Below, piece after piece: positions 39,745 through 53,860 of a DNA stretch of 64,000 bases; within the stretch, counting starts at the first letter, position 1; the number at the start of each line of letters is the position of its first letter. The position numbers and the translations under genes were made by a program. Origin of the DNA: Ginglymostoma cirratum (lineage: Eukaryota); NCBI GenBank assembly GCA_024137785.1, contig JAHRHZ010000013.1, forward strand, positions 18,701,010 through 18,765,009, in the 5' to 3' direction. The notes beneath the pieces were generated by a model that did no database searches, had not been told where the DNA came from, and worked only from the letters and a program-made list of their open reading frames with translations.

Positions 39745-40430
39745 ACACCACAACTGGCAGTACAACAAATCACCCACCTCCGTTCACCAGAACCCCAACT
39801 AGTCAATCCTTCTAACCAGACCCAGTTATTGTCCAGCCATGCAATTACCCGCCCACTTGACACTACAAGCCCCAACCACTCAACTCACCTTGACCCAAGT
39901 GCTTCCTGGCCATCAAAATACCCTCCTGACCACAGTTGACCACTCAACCAATCAGACCACTCTTGATCCCTTGATGACCTTCCCAAGTACCTGAAACCTT
40001 TTATCAACAACCCATCTACCTCCCCTGGCCAAACTTGACAGCCTTCGCCAGACCAAACGACACCCCCAGACCTGAATAAGCCCTGCACACCAGACTACCC
40101 TTTGAGACCAGCTGGATAATCTCCAACAGGCTGACCATTCCCCCAGCCGACATGACTGCCAGCTGACTACCCCCACCTTGGCCACCTAACCACTCCGCTG
40201 ACGCACCGGTCCACTCACCAACTGACCCAAACCACTCACATACCTACCCTCAACACCCATTCATTCATCTACTCACACACTCACCCCCTCAATGAGTCAT
40301 TCACTCGTCTAGTCACACTTCCACTCAGTTACCTACTCACTGTCCAACTCACTCAACTCGTCACTCATTCGTCTACTCGCATGCCCACTCCACTTATTCG
40401 CCCACTCACTCACTCACCCACTCACCTATT
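39745..40430. repeat. C/A-rich low-complexity tract with degenerate (CCACTCA/CTCA)n units
   Basis: Repeated CACTCACTCAC, CCACTCA and TGACC units; very G-poor on the + strand. Confidence 0.7.
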
Positions 40431-43429
40431 TACCGGGCTGGAGATTTAAATACTGACCAGAATAAGGCGGGTAGTGCCATAAGAGATGGACATGTTCCTT
40501 GTCCTCGTCTCTACTACAATCTGATGGAGCTTCCAGGAGATGGTGCGTTACATATTTCCTCTTCAGCCTGGATTGGAAGAACCCAGAAGAAATGCACACG
40601 GAGGTCGAGTGGGATATTCTTTGTTGGCAGCCACAATACTTACAGCAGTGACGGCCCAGATTGGCAGCCTCAGGCTAAAGAATCCACTGGAACAACAGAT
40701 TATCTCAACAACAACTGTAACAACTTACCTCTTAAGGAGTAAAGAAAAAGGAGGAAGAAAAGAAAGGAAGAAAGCAAGTTGGAAAGTTGTAAGAAACGTA
40801 CTCCAGAATTTCTGGCCTCGGAAACTGAAGGCCAATGATGGAACAAGATATCTCCAAAAGCGATGGGACGGGGGGTGATGACAGAAATGGGGAGGGTAAG
40901 AAAACAAGAATGAAACTTTTCAAGTCAACATGGTGCCTGACTGGGAGTCGACGTAGGTCAATAAGCACAGTGTTGTCAGTGAAACAAGATTTGGTTACAG
41001 TTATGATACAGGAGCAGGGTTTTATCTGACCTCAATGTGCAGAGGTAGAACCTCAGCAAATACTTCAAGTCTATTCACAGATAATCACGCAACTGTTTTT
41101 GAAGGATTTGATCCCTATTTTCTTGCAATGGTAGTTCATGGTAGCAACTCTACGAGTTTGAGTGAACATGTGATAAATGTAAACAAATATTATAATGGTT
41201 ATATTTATGTGCACATTGCTAAAACTCCTCTTGGGACTAAAATCAGTCTAAAGCTCTCTTTGCTGTGTTTGGGAGCTAAGTAGCCTGTGAATGACTGGAC
41301 ATTTTATGCTGTATGGCCTTATGCAAGGCTACATGAATGTCAAGTATTTTGGCTACAGACTGTTTGAGAGAAGAATTGAGAGAAGCTGGCCAAATGTATG
41401 TGTTGTAAGTGCATATAGATGTAGGCCATTCCTCAACTTATTCAGCTGCAATTACATGCCACTTCACCTTTTGATTCTGCTGCATTACTTTGCAATCTTG
41501 TTTATTATCTTACTTGGTGTTACTTATAGTGACCTGTTTCTAAAGCCTGTTCAATTCAGGTTATGATCAAACAAATTCATATAACAGCATACCAAACGAC
41601 ATGATGTATTTCATTTAGATTTATTTATAGATTTTTCTCACTCCTCACATTAGCACCTTCCTTTAAATCTGTCACTTTCTTCCAGATATCCTTCCATTTC
41701 CCTCGTGCAATTGTCTCTTGTATGACAGCCTCTCATGTTTCCTTCACTCTGTAGCTGTTGGCGGCTTGGTTTTTGCCTGTGAAGCGCACGTCACTGTGTC
41801 TTGACACCTTCTAAAATGATCTCAAGGTCATAATATGTGAATCTTTGTTTATATCTTTGGTGCTTGTTTATTGGAAGCTACTGATTCCACACCTACCTCA
41901 GCCCCTTTTGTCTGTCGAGCAGCATTTTTGCATTTGCCTTCCATTTGAGCTGTAAGTTGCGTGTTTTTTTAACCTTTTGTGTTACTGAGCTGCTAAGAAA
42001 CCATACGAAGTTGCCTGTTCCTGCAAATGCATTTCAAAACAAAGGTGACAATTTTACTCCCAGAACGTTGCAGTAATTTTACGCTGGCTTCTTTGGAGAA
42101 GAGTGTGTTAATTGAACAAGAGGAACTAATTCTCCTCAGGTAAAGAACAATGGATTTAACATGGAAGAACCATTTGACTTGCTTAAGTGCATGTTATTTC
42201 TAGTGATACCAGTGTAACAAAAATAAACAGTAAATCCTTTAATAAATACACAGACAACATTGGGAAAATACTTCAGGCACTGATTTCATTCTATTTTGGT
42301 CACCCGTAAAGGGAAACAATGGAACAGTGGGTGACAATGTGATAAGTTATGGGTTTCAAAACTATTATGGGGACCCTCAATCTATATCACTGAGAATCAC
42401 GTCTGTTGTAGGTTCGAATTGCGTTCCCAGCTCTGAAGTTTGATTTCAGCAATAAATAACCAAAAAACCTCCGTAATTCAGATCAATACTTAACAGCCAG
42501 ATGATAGACAATATTACAGGTCAGTAATTAGAGAGTACATTAGAAGTACCGAAATATTTGATTTGGATGACAGTTAGATATGGATCCCAGAGTTTACAAA
42601 AATAACGCTTTTAGTTTCAGGGTGAATAAGATCAGTTCTTCACACACCGAATCTTTGTCATCAGTGGCACTAGATCATGGAAAGTTGGACTGCAGGTTGG
42701 CAAATGGTTTGGTTTTGCCTATTCCCTAAATCGGTGGGTTTCTCCTTTGACAGCACTGAGAGACTGGGGCCGAACAGTGAAGCTCATTCACAGCAGCTGC
42801 CAATTTCAGCTTCCAACAGCAGAAACTTTGCTTGCAATCACCACTAGCAGAGAAGATCACACCCAGATGCTCTCCCTTATTTAATGGTGAAATAAAGCAA
42901 TCATTTATACGACTCTCACAAAATAAAAGCTGTTCATCAAGGCTGCCAAAAGTGGTTGAACTGGATTTCTGACACTTGGGCTGAAAATACATTTCCATTA
43001 TAATTTCGGTTTCCTTCTTCCACTGGCCTTCTTTTCTCAGAGACAATGCAATGGCTTTTCCAACGCCAGGTTTCTCTGGCATGAAACACTGGCCATCTCT
43101 CACTGAAATCAATGAAAATAAAATTCTTGCCATTTCGACAATAAGAATGTTAGAAGATTCATGACCAGGTAAGAAGTCGAAAAGCTACCCGAGTTACTCA
43201 TTGTCCTGCGTAGTTGCACAGGTCGATGGGTGACCCAGATAGCCTTCTTCATCTCTAAGCCTGGATGGTGAATATCAGAGCATTAGCATACTGGACATAT
43301 CAGAAGTGATCTTATCTCTGCCTTTAGCAATCTACACTACTCACTTTCCAGTCGACATCAGTAGATATCTGGTTGATTTCTGTCACTTAAGATAGAAGAA
43401 TGGACCTCTATTCAAAAACCGTCTTATGA

Positions 43430-43740
43430 TCTTAGGAAATCCCAAAGTGCTTCATACCCAAATTATTTTTGATATGTTGTTACTCTTGCAACATAGGGAA
43501 ATATGGTAGGGTGATTTGCAAACACTGCTATCACAGATAAACAATCAGATAAGATTCTATAATCTTGTTGTTTTAGCAGTAAATATTACACACAGCACTG
43601 TGAAGAACTCCCTTGCTTTTCAAATATTGCCATGGGATCATCTACTGACAGGACAGTACAGGCTCTGTCTAGTGCCCCATCCAAGAGAAAACATCAGTTA
43701 GTGCCATTCTAGATTATGTGCAAAATACCTCTGCTCTGGA
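43430..43740 (-). mobile_element. Deu-domain SINE remnant
   Basis: CCCAAAGTGCTTCA...GAAGAACTCCCTTGCTTTTCAAATATTGCCATGGGATC, the reverse complement of the Deu domain and tail. Confidence 0.6.
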
Positions 43741-44484
43741 ATTTACAACCAAAGAATCACAGAATACACAAGGGGCCAGTGATCTGACCACAAGAGACGA
43801 AATCTGTCAATAAACTAAAGCCGCCTTGTAGACCTCTCTACAGTTTATCCTAAATTAAGACAATCCAACACAATCCAGCAAAAAAATCCTGGGAACTTCC
43901 TGGTTTCTTTGGCCTGGATTCTCACACAGTCATCATAACACTGCAGACATTTAGAAATGGAGGTGCAACCTGGATGTGGAAATCCTGCCCCTATTTCTAA
44001 TAAGACATTACTTCCTCTAGTGGGGTAAGAGGGCGGGCTGTGACAGAGAGACCCTAACTCAGCAGGGCCGTCTGAACTCAGTGCTGAGTACAAACAAATA
44101 CCAGCTTTACTGGAACAACGGCCTTAACTCCTTTTGTAGGGGTTACAAATTTTTAGGGTAGCTATAAATGCTCTTGAAGGACAGATAAGATTGGTAGAAC
44201 TGACATGACAGGAAGTTATCTCCAGAGCTTTAAAAAGTAATTTTAAAAACAGGCTGCCAGTATCAATGAGAATTTAAAGACATTGTTCTAGCAGTTGCAA
44301 TAGCTGTTCTTTGCCATTTTTCCAAGTACTAACATCCTGTCCATATGAATGATTAGCTGCTTTCCATCAGCTATAATTTTCTCAGCAGAAGGTTATTAAT
44401 GGCAAGATTATTTTCAACAGGAGAGAATCTAACCATTGCCACATGACATTCTATTGTATCACCTTCACTGAATCCCGCACTAGT

Positions 44485-45072
44485 GACACTGTGGGACTAT
44501 CATTGACCAGAAATTGAACTGCACTAGTCATATAAGTATTGTGGCAACAAGAGCAGGTCAGACACTAAGAATTGTGCAGTGAGTAACTTAACCACTACCT
44601 CTCTAAAGCCTGTCCACCATCTAAAAGGCACAAGTCAGAAATGTGATGGAATACTCCTCACTTGCCTGAATGAGTGCAGCTCCAAGAACACTCAAGAAGC
44701 TTGACATCATCCAGCACAAAACTGCCCACTTGGTTGGCACCATATCCTTGAATATTTACCATTGCCAACATTCAGTAGCAGCAGTGTGTACTATCAACAA
44801 AATGCACTAAGGCTCCCTAGATATCCCCTTCCAAACCCACAACCGCTGCCATTTAGGAAGACAAAGGCAGCAGACACATGGAAATACCATCACATGCAAT
44901 TTGCCCTCCAAGCCACTCATCATCCAGACTTAAAAATATGTTGTCTTTACTTCAATGTCTCTGGGTCAAAATCTTGGAAATGCCTCCCTGACAGTATTGT
45001 GGGTGTACCTACACTAAATGAACTGCAGCAGTTCAAGAAGGAAGCTTACCACCACCTTCTCAAGGGGAACTA
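44485..45072 (+). mobile_element. Same LINE family as 16030-16575
   Basis: AAAGCCTGTCCACCATCTAAAAGGCACAAGTCAGAAATGTGATGGAATACTC... collinear with the 16 kb copy. Confidence 0.85.
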
Positions 45073-45779
45073 TGAAGAGTCACATTAAAACATTAACTCT
45101 GTCTTCTCTCCACAGATGCTGCCAGGCCTGTTGAGTTTCTCCAGCTATTTTGATCCTTGTTTATTTCAGACCTCTAGCGTCTGCAGTTCTTTGTTTTACG
45201 TTTATCTGAATGCAAGTTGTTCTTCTCACATCTCACATAAATTTTCCAAGCTCATAGATCACAACATAGGAAATTAAAGTCACTATATTCCCTCTAAATT
45301 TAAAAATGCAGAAAGCAAAATAAATTATTATAGCTGGATTTTACATAAAAGCTAAAATATAAACATAAGCAAAACAGAAAAAATGAAAATTCATGAACCT
45401 TGACATCACAATGGGAAAATGTGACATTAAAAAAAAACTTTTCAGAGTTAGTCAGTTTGTCTAGCAACAATCATAATAAGCTATTAAGCAATGTTTAAAG
45501 TTCATTCAGCAAGGTGCATCCTTTGAAAGGGTTTTTACATTAAGAGGAACTGTGTAAACGCGGTGCATTTTGAGAACTCACAAGTTGCTCAGGGAGTATA
45601 TCTGGAGGGACACGGACAGTGCACACTGAGGAAGAGTAAAGGATCACTGACAGCTCCTTCTCGATTTCAGGGTTTAACCCGTGCATTTGCAGATTCCTGA
45701 GGGTGCTGCCAATTACAATAGAATAATGATGGCAAATGCTAAAAGTTACACCTCCATTGCTATTGTAAGATCCAGGTCA

Positions 45780-45985
45780 TTGACTTAAAGGAGGACATCA
45801 AACGAACTCCTACTTTATTCCAAATATTCTCTTGAACATGCAATTCATGTCCAATTGAAAAGACAGTAGCTGACAATGCAGCAAGTGTTCTTCAGTTCTG
45901 CACCATTAGTGTTCAAGTCAAGAAGAGGTACTTGAACCTCTAACCTTCCGACTCAGAGGTGGCAATGCCATCAATTAAGGCAGAG
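45780..45985 (-). mobile_element. Deu-domain SINE remnant (head end)
   Basis: GAAAAGACAGTAGCTGACAATGCAGCA...CTTCAGTTCTGCAC...CTTGAACCTCTAACCTTCCGACTCAGAGG. Confidence 0.55.
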
Positions 45986-46140
45986 TCACATAAGGAGGAC
46001 AATAAAACCATTTCAACAAAAATGTTAAATAGAAAATATTGATGGAATCTCACTCTAATTAAAGCAGCCAGCTCTCACAATGCTCTTTCATTCATTATCC
46101 CCTATCCCTGCCTAAATCCTATTAGTTCAATCACTATAAA

Positions 46141-46144
<4 letters not shown>

Positions 46145-46193
<49 letters not shown>

Positions 46194-46202
46194 CGCGCAC
46201 GC
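46145..46202. repeat. (GT)20(GC)7ACGC alternating purine-pyrimidine tract
   Basis: Direct read. Confidence 0.95.
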
Positions 46203-46363
46203 CTGGAAAGGGAGCCATACTTAGCTCTGACACTGTAAACCAATCTCATAGTTTCAAGAACTGTTCAGGTTACATTTTTGTTGGGAGAATGTCAAGTTCT
46301 GTGAGCAGGCAGTGAAGGAGTTTGACTTGTTTAAAGCAGTAGGTATTTGCCGCTTGCCAAACC

Positions 46364-46388
46364 TGACTTAGTGAACTGCCAATGACCC
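46364..46388 (-). promoter_or_regulatory. Candidate intronic RARE (perfect DR5 plus overlapping DR2)
   Basis: Minus strand GGGTCA-TTGGC-AGTTCA-CT-AAGTCA, with an extra GGGTCA half-site at 46403-46408. Confidence 0.6.
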
Positions 46389-49300
46389 TTATTCGGTATG
46401 TTTGACCCAGGCATACACACAGGTCTGACTACTCAGTGCTGCTGGGATCTGGCTCTCTGCACTCCATGGTTCTGAACTGTTTGTGAAACAGGTGCACACA
46501 ACGTGACTCGAAATTTAGTTTATTTGGCAGTTCTCAAAGTTTTGATCAAATGGGAACCCTGAGGTAACTGACAGAACATGACTTAGGAGTAAAAGACAGA
46601 AATCTCTACTGGTCTCCAATGGCATATCAATCAGTTAAATGTTTGCAGTGTCATAAAACTGGGAAGGTGAATGAAACAAAGTTCCTTTCGGAAAATCGAC
46701 ACCACCTTGACACATCTGCTTCTCAAGGCAACTGTTTCCCTCATTCAGTGTATAATTTTAGGAGATTAAATGGATACAGTAACAATACAAGTAGGATTCT
46801 GCAAACTTGAAGCAAAAATGAAGCAAATTTTAGAAATGGGCAAAGGGAGCTGTAGACATTAATGAAATTACCCAAAAAGGAAGCAATATAGGATCGCATC
46901 AACAGAGTAATACTGGTTCGGATTGGTTCCCAGCTGGCTACAAGAACTGAATGCTGAACTTTACAAGACCGAGCTTCTCAGAGTCTTGAATAACATTTGC
47001 AATCAGACTTCCAAAAGGGTTTATAATATGCTTCATTTTGCAGGTTCTGATGAGACATCTGGCCGGAAAGCTGCAGTGGGTGGGAGAGTGGGGGGATAAA
47101 ATAGGAGAAAATTGGTTGTAAAAGGGATCCTTTTCCACATCATTGAAAACTACCTTCTCAGTGCAGCATGCTGTCGTGATGTGAAGTGTTGAACATATTG
47201 AAGTGAAAGGCTGACTTGAGGAAACAGCAAAATAGAAGATCACAATTCAAATAGAAAAGAAGTTGTTAAAGAAAGAAAATAGTTCTGGAAAATTAGGATG
47301 AGAAAAGATGAAACTGTTTATTTACCCTAGCAAAGAACTCCAAAGTGTTAAGACGGGGAAGTTATATGTTTTAGTCACTAGGGGTTATTCAATAATTCAG
47401 ATGTCCATAGGTCAGTACATTGCTTGCTTCATACTGAGTCAATTGGCAATGTCAGTTGTCAACCCTGTAACAAGCTCTGTTTGATCACACTTGTTACCCT
47501 GCTAGAATGGCTAATTCCATACAGGCACAGGCTGCAGCTTGAACTGATAAACATCAAAAGGCCAGCATTACAAAAAAAAAAGAAAATTAAATATTCATAA
47601 TGTGAAGCACTCATTGCTCTTTCTTGCATGCTTATTCATTTAGTCCATCTGTAAGCAAGCATAGAGAAGTTAAAACGTCAATCCATCTGTTCACCCCGAT
47701 AACGGCGCACAGTTTGTCCAAGTAGAAATGCATTTTCGGGTTCTGAAATCCAGATCAATATTCATTCAGCTGAAAAATAATATCCATCTGCAGATTACTG
47801 TCCACCTCAAAACAGTTCTTAGCTAAGATTTGGGTTTTTCATTGTAAAGTCTATTGTTAGCATTTGGACATACACAACGTGCTGTATGAATCATTGGTGA
47901 TTCCAAAAGATGACTGCATCTAAACTACGAGCAATCTATTTAGTTTGAAGATATAAATCAAAATATTGCAGTGTGTCTTTTTCTAGAAAAACTACCTTCA
48001 TTATGTTTTGAGGTTTAAAATGCAAACACGAAATTAGTATAGCAAAGTTACACACCAGGCATTTTCAAGAGATTAATTTCTACATTATTTCTATCCAAGT
48101 CATCAGGTCCCCATTATTAAATGATATAAGATACAACCAGAAAGTGATATTAAGGATTACAAGCACTTCAGAGATAATTTTGAATTACTATTGGAATTGT
48201 CAATACTAAACCCACGACTTATATAAATGTCATATTTAAATATTTCATTTGTCTGGCAGTCTCTCAGCCATCTTGGCCCAAAGCAAATTAACACCTTATC
48301 ATTTTAACAGCAGCAAGCACCGCAACTGTGACGTGGCTTTTCATACACAGAAATATTTAGAAGTATAGCAAAAGATGCCTGTCTGTAAAATGTGTTTGTC
48401 TTCTGGTTCATTCAGAAATGCTTTTAATAATTTATACATGTTGTAACAGCCATAAATAACCTGATTCATCTATCAAAAGATACCTTTAATGACTGAAAAA
48501 GGTGCTTACAATGTGAGCTCTCAGAGTGCATCCAGCTCCCATGGCCCCTCTTTTTTCTCCGAGCCAATTCCAAATTATATTACAAGAGCAGCCTCTGTCT
48601 TGAAAGCGCTTCCACATGATGTCTTGTGACATGGTTAATTCTTTGAAATTAAGCAAGATTCTCATAAAAGATACTCTCATTTTAGAAGTAGATGTTTCCC
48701 ATTGCAGTTCTATAGTTACAAGACAATACCAGCATTGTCATTACAATTTCAATAAAGCATAGTGGTGGGCACATCGAATTTTCATCCTATGTCCACTTCA
48801 GCTGTGAAAACCACCCAACAATGTAATAATAGACTTTGTCCTCCGTTGGGTTGCGCATTTGTATTATTTAACAGGAGGGTAAAACACTAGAGATTATCGT
48901 CCTGTGTTTGGAGTAATTAGAGGCAATGAATTAGACAATTGAGGCAGTTAGACCATAACTATAGAACTGGAGCAAGGCACTTTCGCCACATACCAAAGCT
49001 GCTGTATAAGTCCAGTCTAATTCAGGCATCAGTGAAGGAAGGAGTTCTCCCGTGCTTTGGTTTGGAATAAACTGGGACCCTCATAGCCAATTTCCACTCC
49101 AACTTATGGGATATAAAGGGCTTTGGCTTCACACTAAACCTCAACTTGTGGACAGTAAATGCACCTCAAAATATTTCCACATCAATCTGATTAATGAACC
49201 TACCGACAATATTGCAGAAAATATGCTGAAAAATACCCTAAGACAAGTCTGTTCTTTGGTTGCCATTCTTTTTGATGTTATATTTAAATACACAAGAAAG

Positions 49301-49599
49301 TAATTCAAGGGAAAATCTAAATATTAAAAGTTAACACTTAACTAGTACACAATCATTTCCATCAACCCACAAGCATTTATAATTAATCATGAGCTGCAGC
49401 TGTTTAAAACATGTCCCATACACTAGCATAATGTGTCAGATCATTCAATCATTGAAGAAAATTCACACCAAGGAACTTTGTTTGATTGTTGCTATTATAC
49501 TTGAATGATCTGAACCCCTTTTACCATGCAAACATCCTGGTTTTACCTATGAAACTTGAAGGTGGTAATGTTACCACACACATCTGGGCTTGTGAACAT

Positions 49600-50270
49600 A
49601 ACTGGCAATTAATATTTGCGCTACACAAGTGCCAGGTAATGAGCTAGTCCAACAATGGAAAGTACAACTACCTCCCTTTGACGTTTAATATACTATTGTT
49701 AAATTCTGTCACCAACATCTTGGGGTCACCACTGACCAGAAACATGATTGAACCAGTCACATAAATACTGTGGCTACAACTGCAGTTAAGAGTCTGGGGT
49801 TTTCTGTAGCTTGTAACTCATACCCCAATCTATTGGAGTACTATCTGCTTGTCTGGATAAGCACAGTTCCAAAACCACTGAAGAAGCTTGACAACATCCA
49901 CACGACAAAGCAGCACATTTAACTGATGCCCTATGCACTATTTTAAACACACTTCTGCCCCAGATTGGGCATGTTGCTGAAATGGTTTCATTCCCAAGCT
50001 GTGCTCAGCAACTCTCCAACAGCACTTCCTAAAGCCACAATTTCTATTTGAAGGAACCGAGTCAAAGAGAAAACAGCCTCCTGCAAAGTCCCCTTAAGTC
50101 ACATAGCAGTTTTTTGGAGATATGCCACCATTCTTATATTGTCATTGGGTAAATATCCAGGATCCCTACCTGACAGTTTTGCAGACTGCAGCAGCTGAAG
50201 AAGACAACTCAATACCACTTTCTCAAAAGCAACTAGGGATGGATGAGAAATGCCAACTCTACCAGTGACA
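49600..50270 (+). mobile_element. Older, degraded copy of the same LINE family
   Basis: TGGGGTCACCACTGACCAGAAAC...ATAAATACTGTGGCTACAA...GAAGAAGCTTGACAACATCCA...CTCAAAAGCAACTAGGGATGG. Confidence 0.65.
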
Positions 50271-52808
50271 GTGAAATCCTGTTAATACTTATTCTGAGAA
50301 AACAATGAACAGACCAGAAACTGCCAAATCCAATACTTTCTTTCCTTTCTTTCAATTTAGCTCTTTGGTGTTTTCACAAAAACATTTTTTGTGTTAACTG
50401 GTGTGACTGACAATCAGCATCATTTGTCACTGATATTGCTTGTCAGAAACAAATACTATCACATTCTACTTTAATATCTGGGTAATGTGCATGTGGTTAG
50501 TTCTAAAGGAAACCTCTAAGTGGCTCATTGCCAGTAGTTCCCTGCAATTTTGTAATTAAATATCAATGTCCAACCAGTACCTTGATTTAAAAAAAAATCT
50601 GAATCATGGCCATTTGACATATTCACTAATGACCACTGCGTATGCATCCCAGGATGGAAAGTGTCTAAGCTAATGAGATCATGACAATTTCCCCTGACAT
50701 TAATCCCATCTCAGCCTAGTAATTTACTCATCTAATCCATACTCTGGTATGCGATGCACAATGCACAAGCCTCTACGACAGTTCTCCTGCACTTTTATAA
50801 TGTGAAACATATTTGCTTTAGAGAAACAATAACCCTTTGAACATTAATCATCTTGCACACATGCTTTCTGTCATACAACAGGCACAAACTGGAAGCTATC
50901 AAATTAAACAATGAAACAGTCTAATTCTTAATCCATTGGAGTTGTTGATACACCAAAAATTGCAACAAAATTAGCACTGCAGTCCTTAATTTCGAGAGAA
51001 GATTTTCTCTTAAGGTGCAAAGATATTACATCTCAGAAACTTTTCAGACTATGCTAACAAAGCATGTGCTTATGCCTGAACTGCTAGTTTTCGTAGAGTT
51101 CGGTTTACCAGCCTGTCACCAGAGGCTATTGCTTGAAGAGTGCCAATTTGCTGAAGCAACACTGACCACTCTCACCACTTGTCATAAGCATTGGAAGGAC
51201 TGACAAGTTGATATCTGGCCATGTTATGAATGCATAATTTGTAGTAATCAAACTTAGGACTAGAACTCAAATGCTGTGCTTCTGACTCACAGCAAGGACA
51301 TTAACTAAAGTCTCAAGACCTCGCCTACGATATTATGCAGCCTGCACTAAATGCAATGGGGTGTGACACTGCCAAACACCTTGTTGTTTTTATGCATACA
51401 AAGCATTGGAAATTGCATTCTCCTTCCAGTTTGAATCTAATAGTCATAAAACTTGCAACCAGACCATCACTGGCTACCAGATAAAGATGAACTGAAGTCT
51501 GTGAAAAGCAGCATTTGAAAAAGTTACCTTATAAACCACCAAATATGATTTGAAAAACTAGAAATAAACACTCACACATTTCATGATTACCTTCTGAAAC
51601 CTCTTCCATAGTGCACTCTCAAATTGTCAAGTTTCATTGGATTTCATTTAATTAAGGTTGCAACGGAGCATTTGTTTAGATCACCTATGAGGTCAACTGA
51701 GGAAATGAGATGGTTATGTTGGTACATACACTGTCAAGGTATTTAAAGTTATGAATTTGGGTAATTAGGGTCAGGGAATGGAAGACGGATTAAGAATTTA
51801 CAAATGTGACACCCTGTGCTTATTCAATTCCACAATGAGGGGTCTGATACAGAGACAAGTGGTATTGTGTTGCTATTGTCTTTATAAATAAGTTACAATA
51901 TTAAATAAAATGCAGTTTAATTTTTCATAAAGGCTGGTAAAATTTCTTTTTTATTGGTTATTAAATCTTTGGAAGGTAACTGTAAAAAACTCAAAATTTG
52001 GTAATGTTAATTTTTAATAGAAATACATTGCTATTCATTAGTCATTGCAGTAATTACAGTCTACATGATTCATGTCATTCCAACATAAAGGATATTACTT
52101 AATATCACTGATAGATTACCAATCACTTAGGGAGCACAATTTTGTAATGTATTTATGCTGGCTCATTCAGTCAATCCAATCGCTCATTTCATTTAATTTA
52201 TCTACTGATGACCACTGTCACAACAGTTACCTGTTTTCACCCACAGACAGAGTGAACATGCAAACCCCTGCTTTCTTCCACATCACTAAGTATGGAATCA
52301 TAGAAAAAAAGATTAAGCATCCTGTCGCACATATAATTTTTACGCTGCATTTTTATTTAGAATGCACTCACTAATGCAGCAGCTCATTATTTTGAAGCCC
52401 CAAAAATGTAGACACCAGAAATAATCTTTTAATCATCTGTGATAACCAAATGCTGATTAGTTTATCTTTCCAACCATGAGAGGCTACAGCAGCAATCAAA
52501 CACCTAACCACAGATAAGGAGAATAGATCTGTGGGACAATCATCTGGTTTAGATCACACACCTCCTGGTGGATGGTTTTTGAGTAACATTGAGAGTCTCG
52601 ATTCTTTTTTAACTCCATGTTACCAATTCATGATTAAAATCCAACACAGGTAGGGAAAGAACTTTCAATTCGAGATGAAACAGATTTTACCCAAGGCTTT
52701 AATGTCCACCGACTGTTCTTACATATTTTTATTCTCCTTAAGCCTGAACACAAGAGTAGAATGTTGTGGTGGCACAAAGCAGTTTTACAAATCAAGACAA
52801 GACTGGGC

Positions 52809-53005
52809 TAATGAAGAACAGCAGACCAGGAAATACTAGGGTCTGTGGTCACTGGTATGCAAGAAGCAATATTACCTCCAGGTTCACCCTAGATTATCTG
52901 CTCTTATACAGAAGATGCTCTTTATGCACTAAATTACATTAAAACTATTATTCTGTAAAACTGCCTTGTATGTGTTTGAGTTTATATGGATTTTATCTGT
53001 AAATT
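52809..53005. repeat. Copy 1 of a 197-bp diverged direct duplication
   Basis: Aligns without gaps to 53664-53860 (offset 855). Confidence 0.9.
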
Positions 53006-53663
53006 GAAAATTGCAGCTCCATTGCAATCAGTGGAATTAAATTTAATTATTACAGGCAGCTGATTTAAGGACTGTCCACATTGCATCCCTGCCCAAGTTA
53101 AATGTTTATGCTATTGTCCCATTTGCATCATACACCCATGTCATTTTAGTTACATGCAATACTTATTCCAATTTGAAAGACAATGCTTAAATAGTTACAA
53201 CAGCACAACAAAATTAATAATTTGACGTAGAGAAACATCAAAAAGCATGGGTTGTTTCTGCAGTAAAACCATAATGAAATTGTTATATTTTCATTGATTT
53301 TCATGTTATTAATTTAATTACACCTTAAAAACACTGAGTTATGCCCATGAAACTTTGACGTGACTGGTGCTTAAGAAAAGCAGTGTACAGCTGGTATCAG
53401 CACACAGGGGACAAGTTACTGTACCATGGATTGATTTTTTTTTCCTTTCAACAGCTGAAATTACTGAATGTACATCAAACAGGTAATTTAAGTGTCCCGT
53501 ACAACATTATTACATTACTAAAACCTTAGTATTGTCAGCTCCCTCAATCTCCTTTTCATTACACTAGGACAATCAAAAAAAGGTTTTTCAAATATGTGGC
53601 AGGTCAGCGCAATCAATCTGCAGTCTCTGCTAGCCATTAATAAACACAGAGTCACAAAGTGCT

Positions 53664-53860
53664 TAATGAGGAACAGCAGACCAGGAAATACTCGGGTCTG
53701 CGGTCACTGGTACTCATGAGGCAATATTACCTCCAGATTTACCCTACATAGCCTGCTCTTGTAGTAAAGCTGCTCCTTCTGCATTAAGTCACAATAAAAC
53801 CATTATACCATAGCCCAGCTTTGTCTTGCTTTGCATATTCTTAAATGCTATCTGCAAATT
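53664..53860. repeat. Copy 2 of a 197-bp diverged direct duplication
   Basis: Shares TAATGA(A/G)GAACAGCAGACCAGGAAATACT(A/C)GGGTCTG(T/C)GGTCACTGGTA... with copy 1. Confidence 0.9.

Noticed and set aside
52809-53860. Calling the duplicated element a C/D snoRNA pair or a CRISPR-like repeat
   Set aside because: The C-box-like motif is antisense to the host gene with no matching CTGA D box; there are only two units and the context is eukaryotic.
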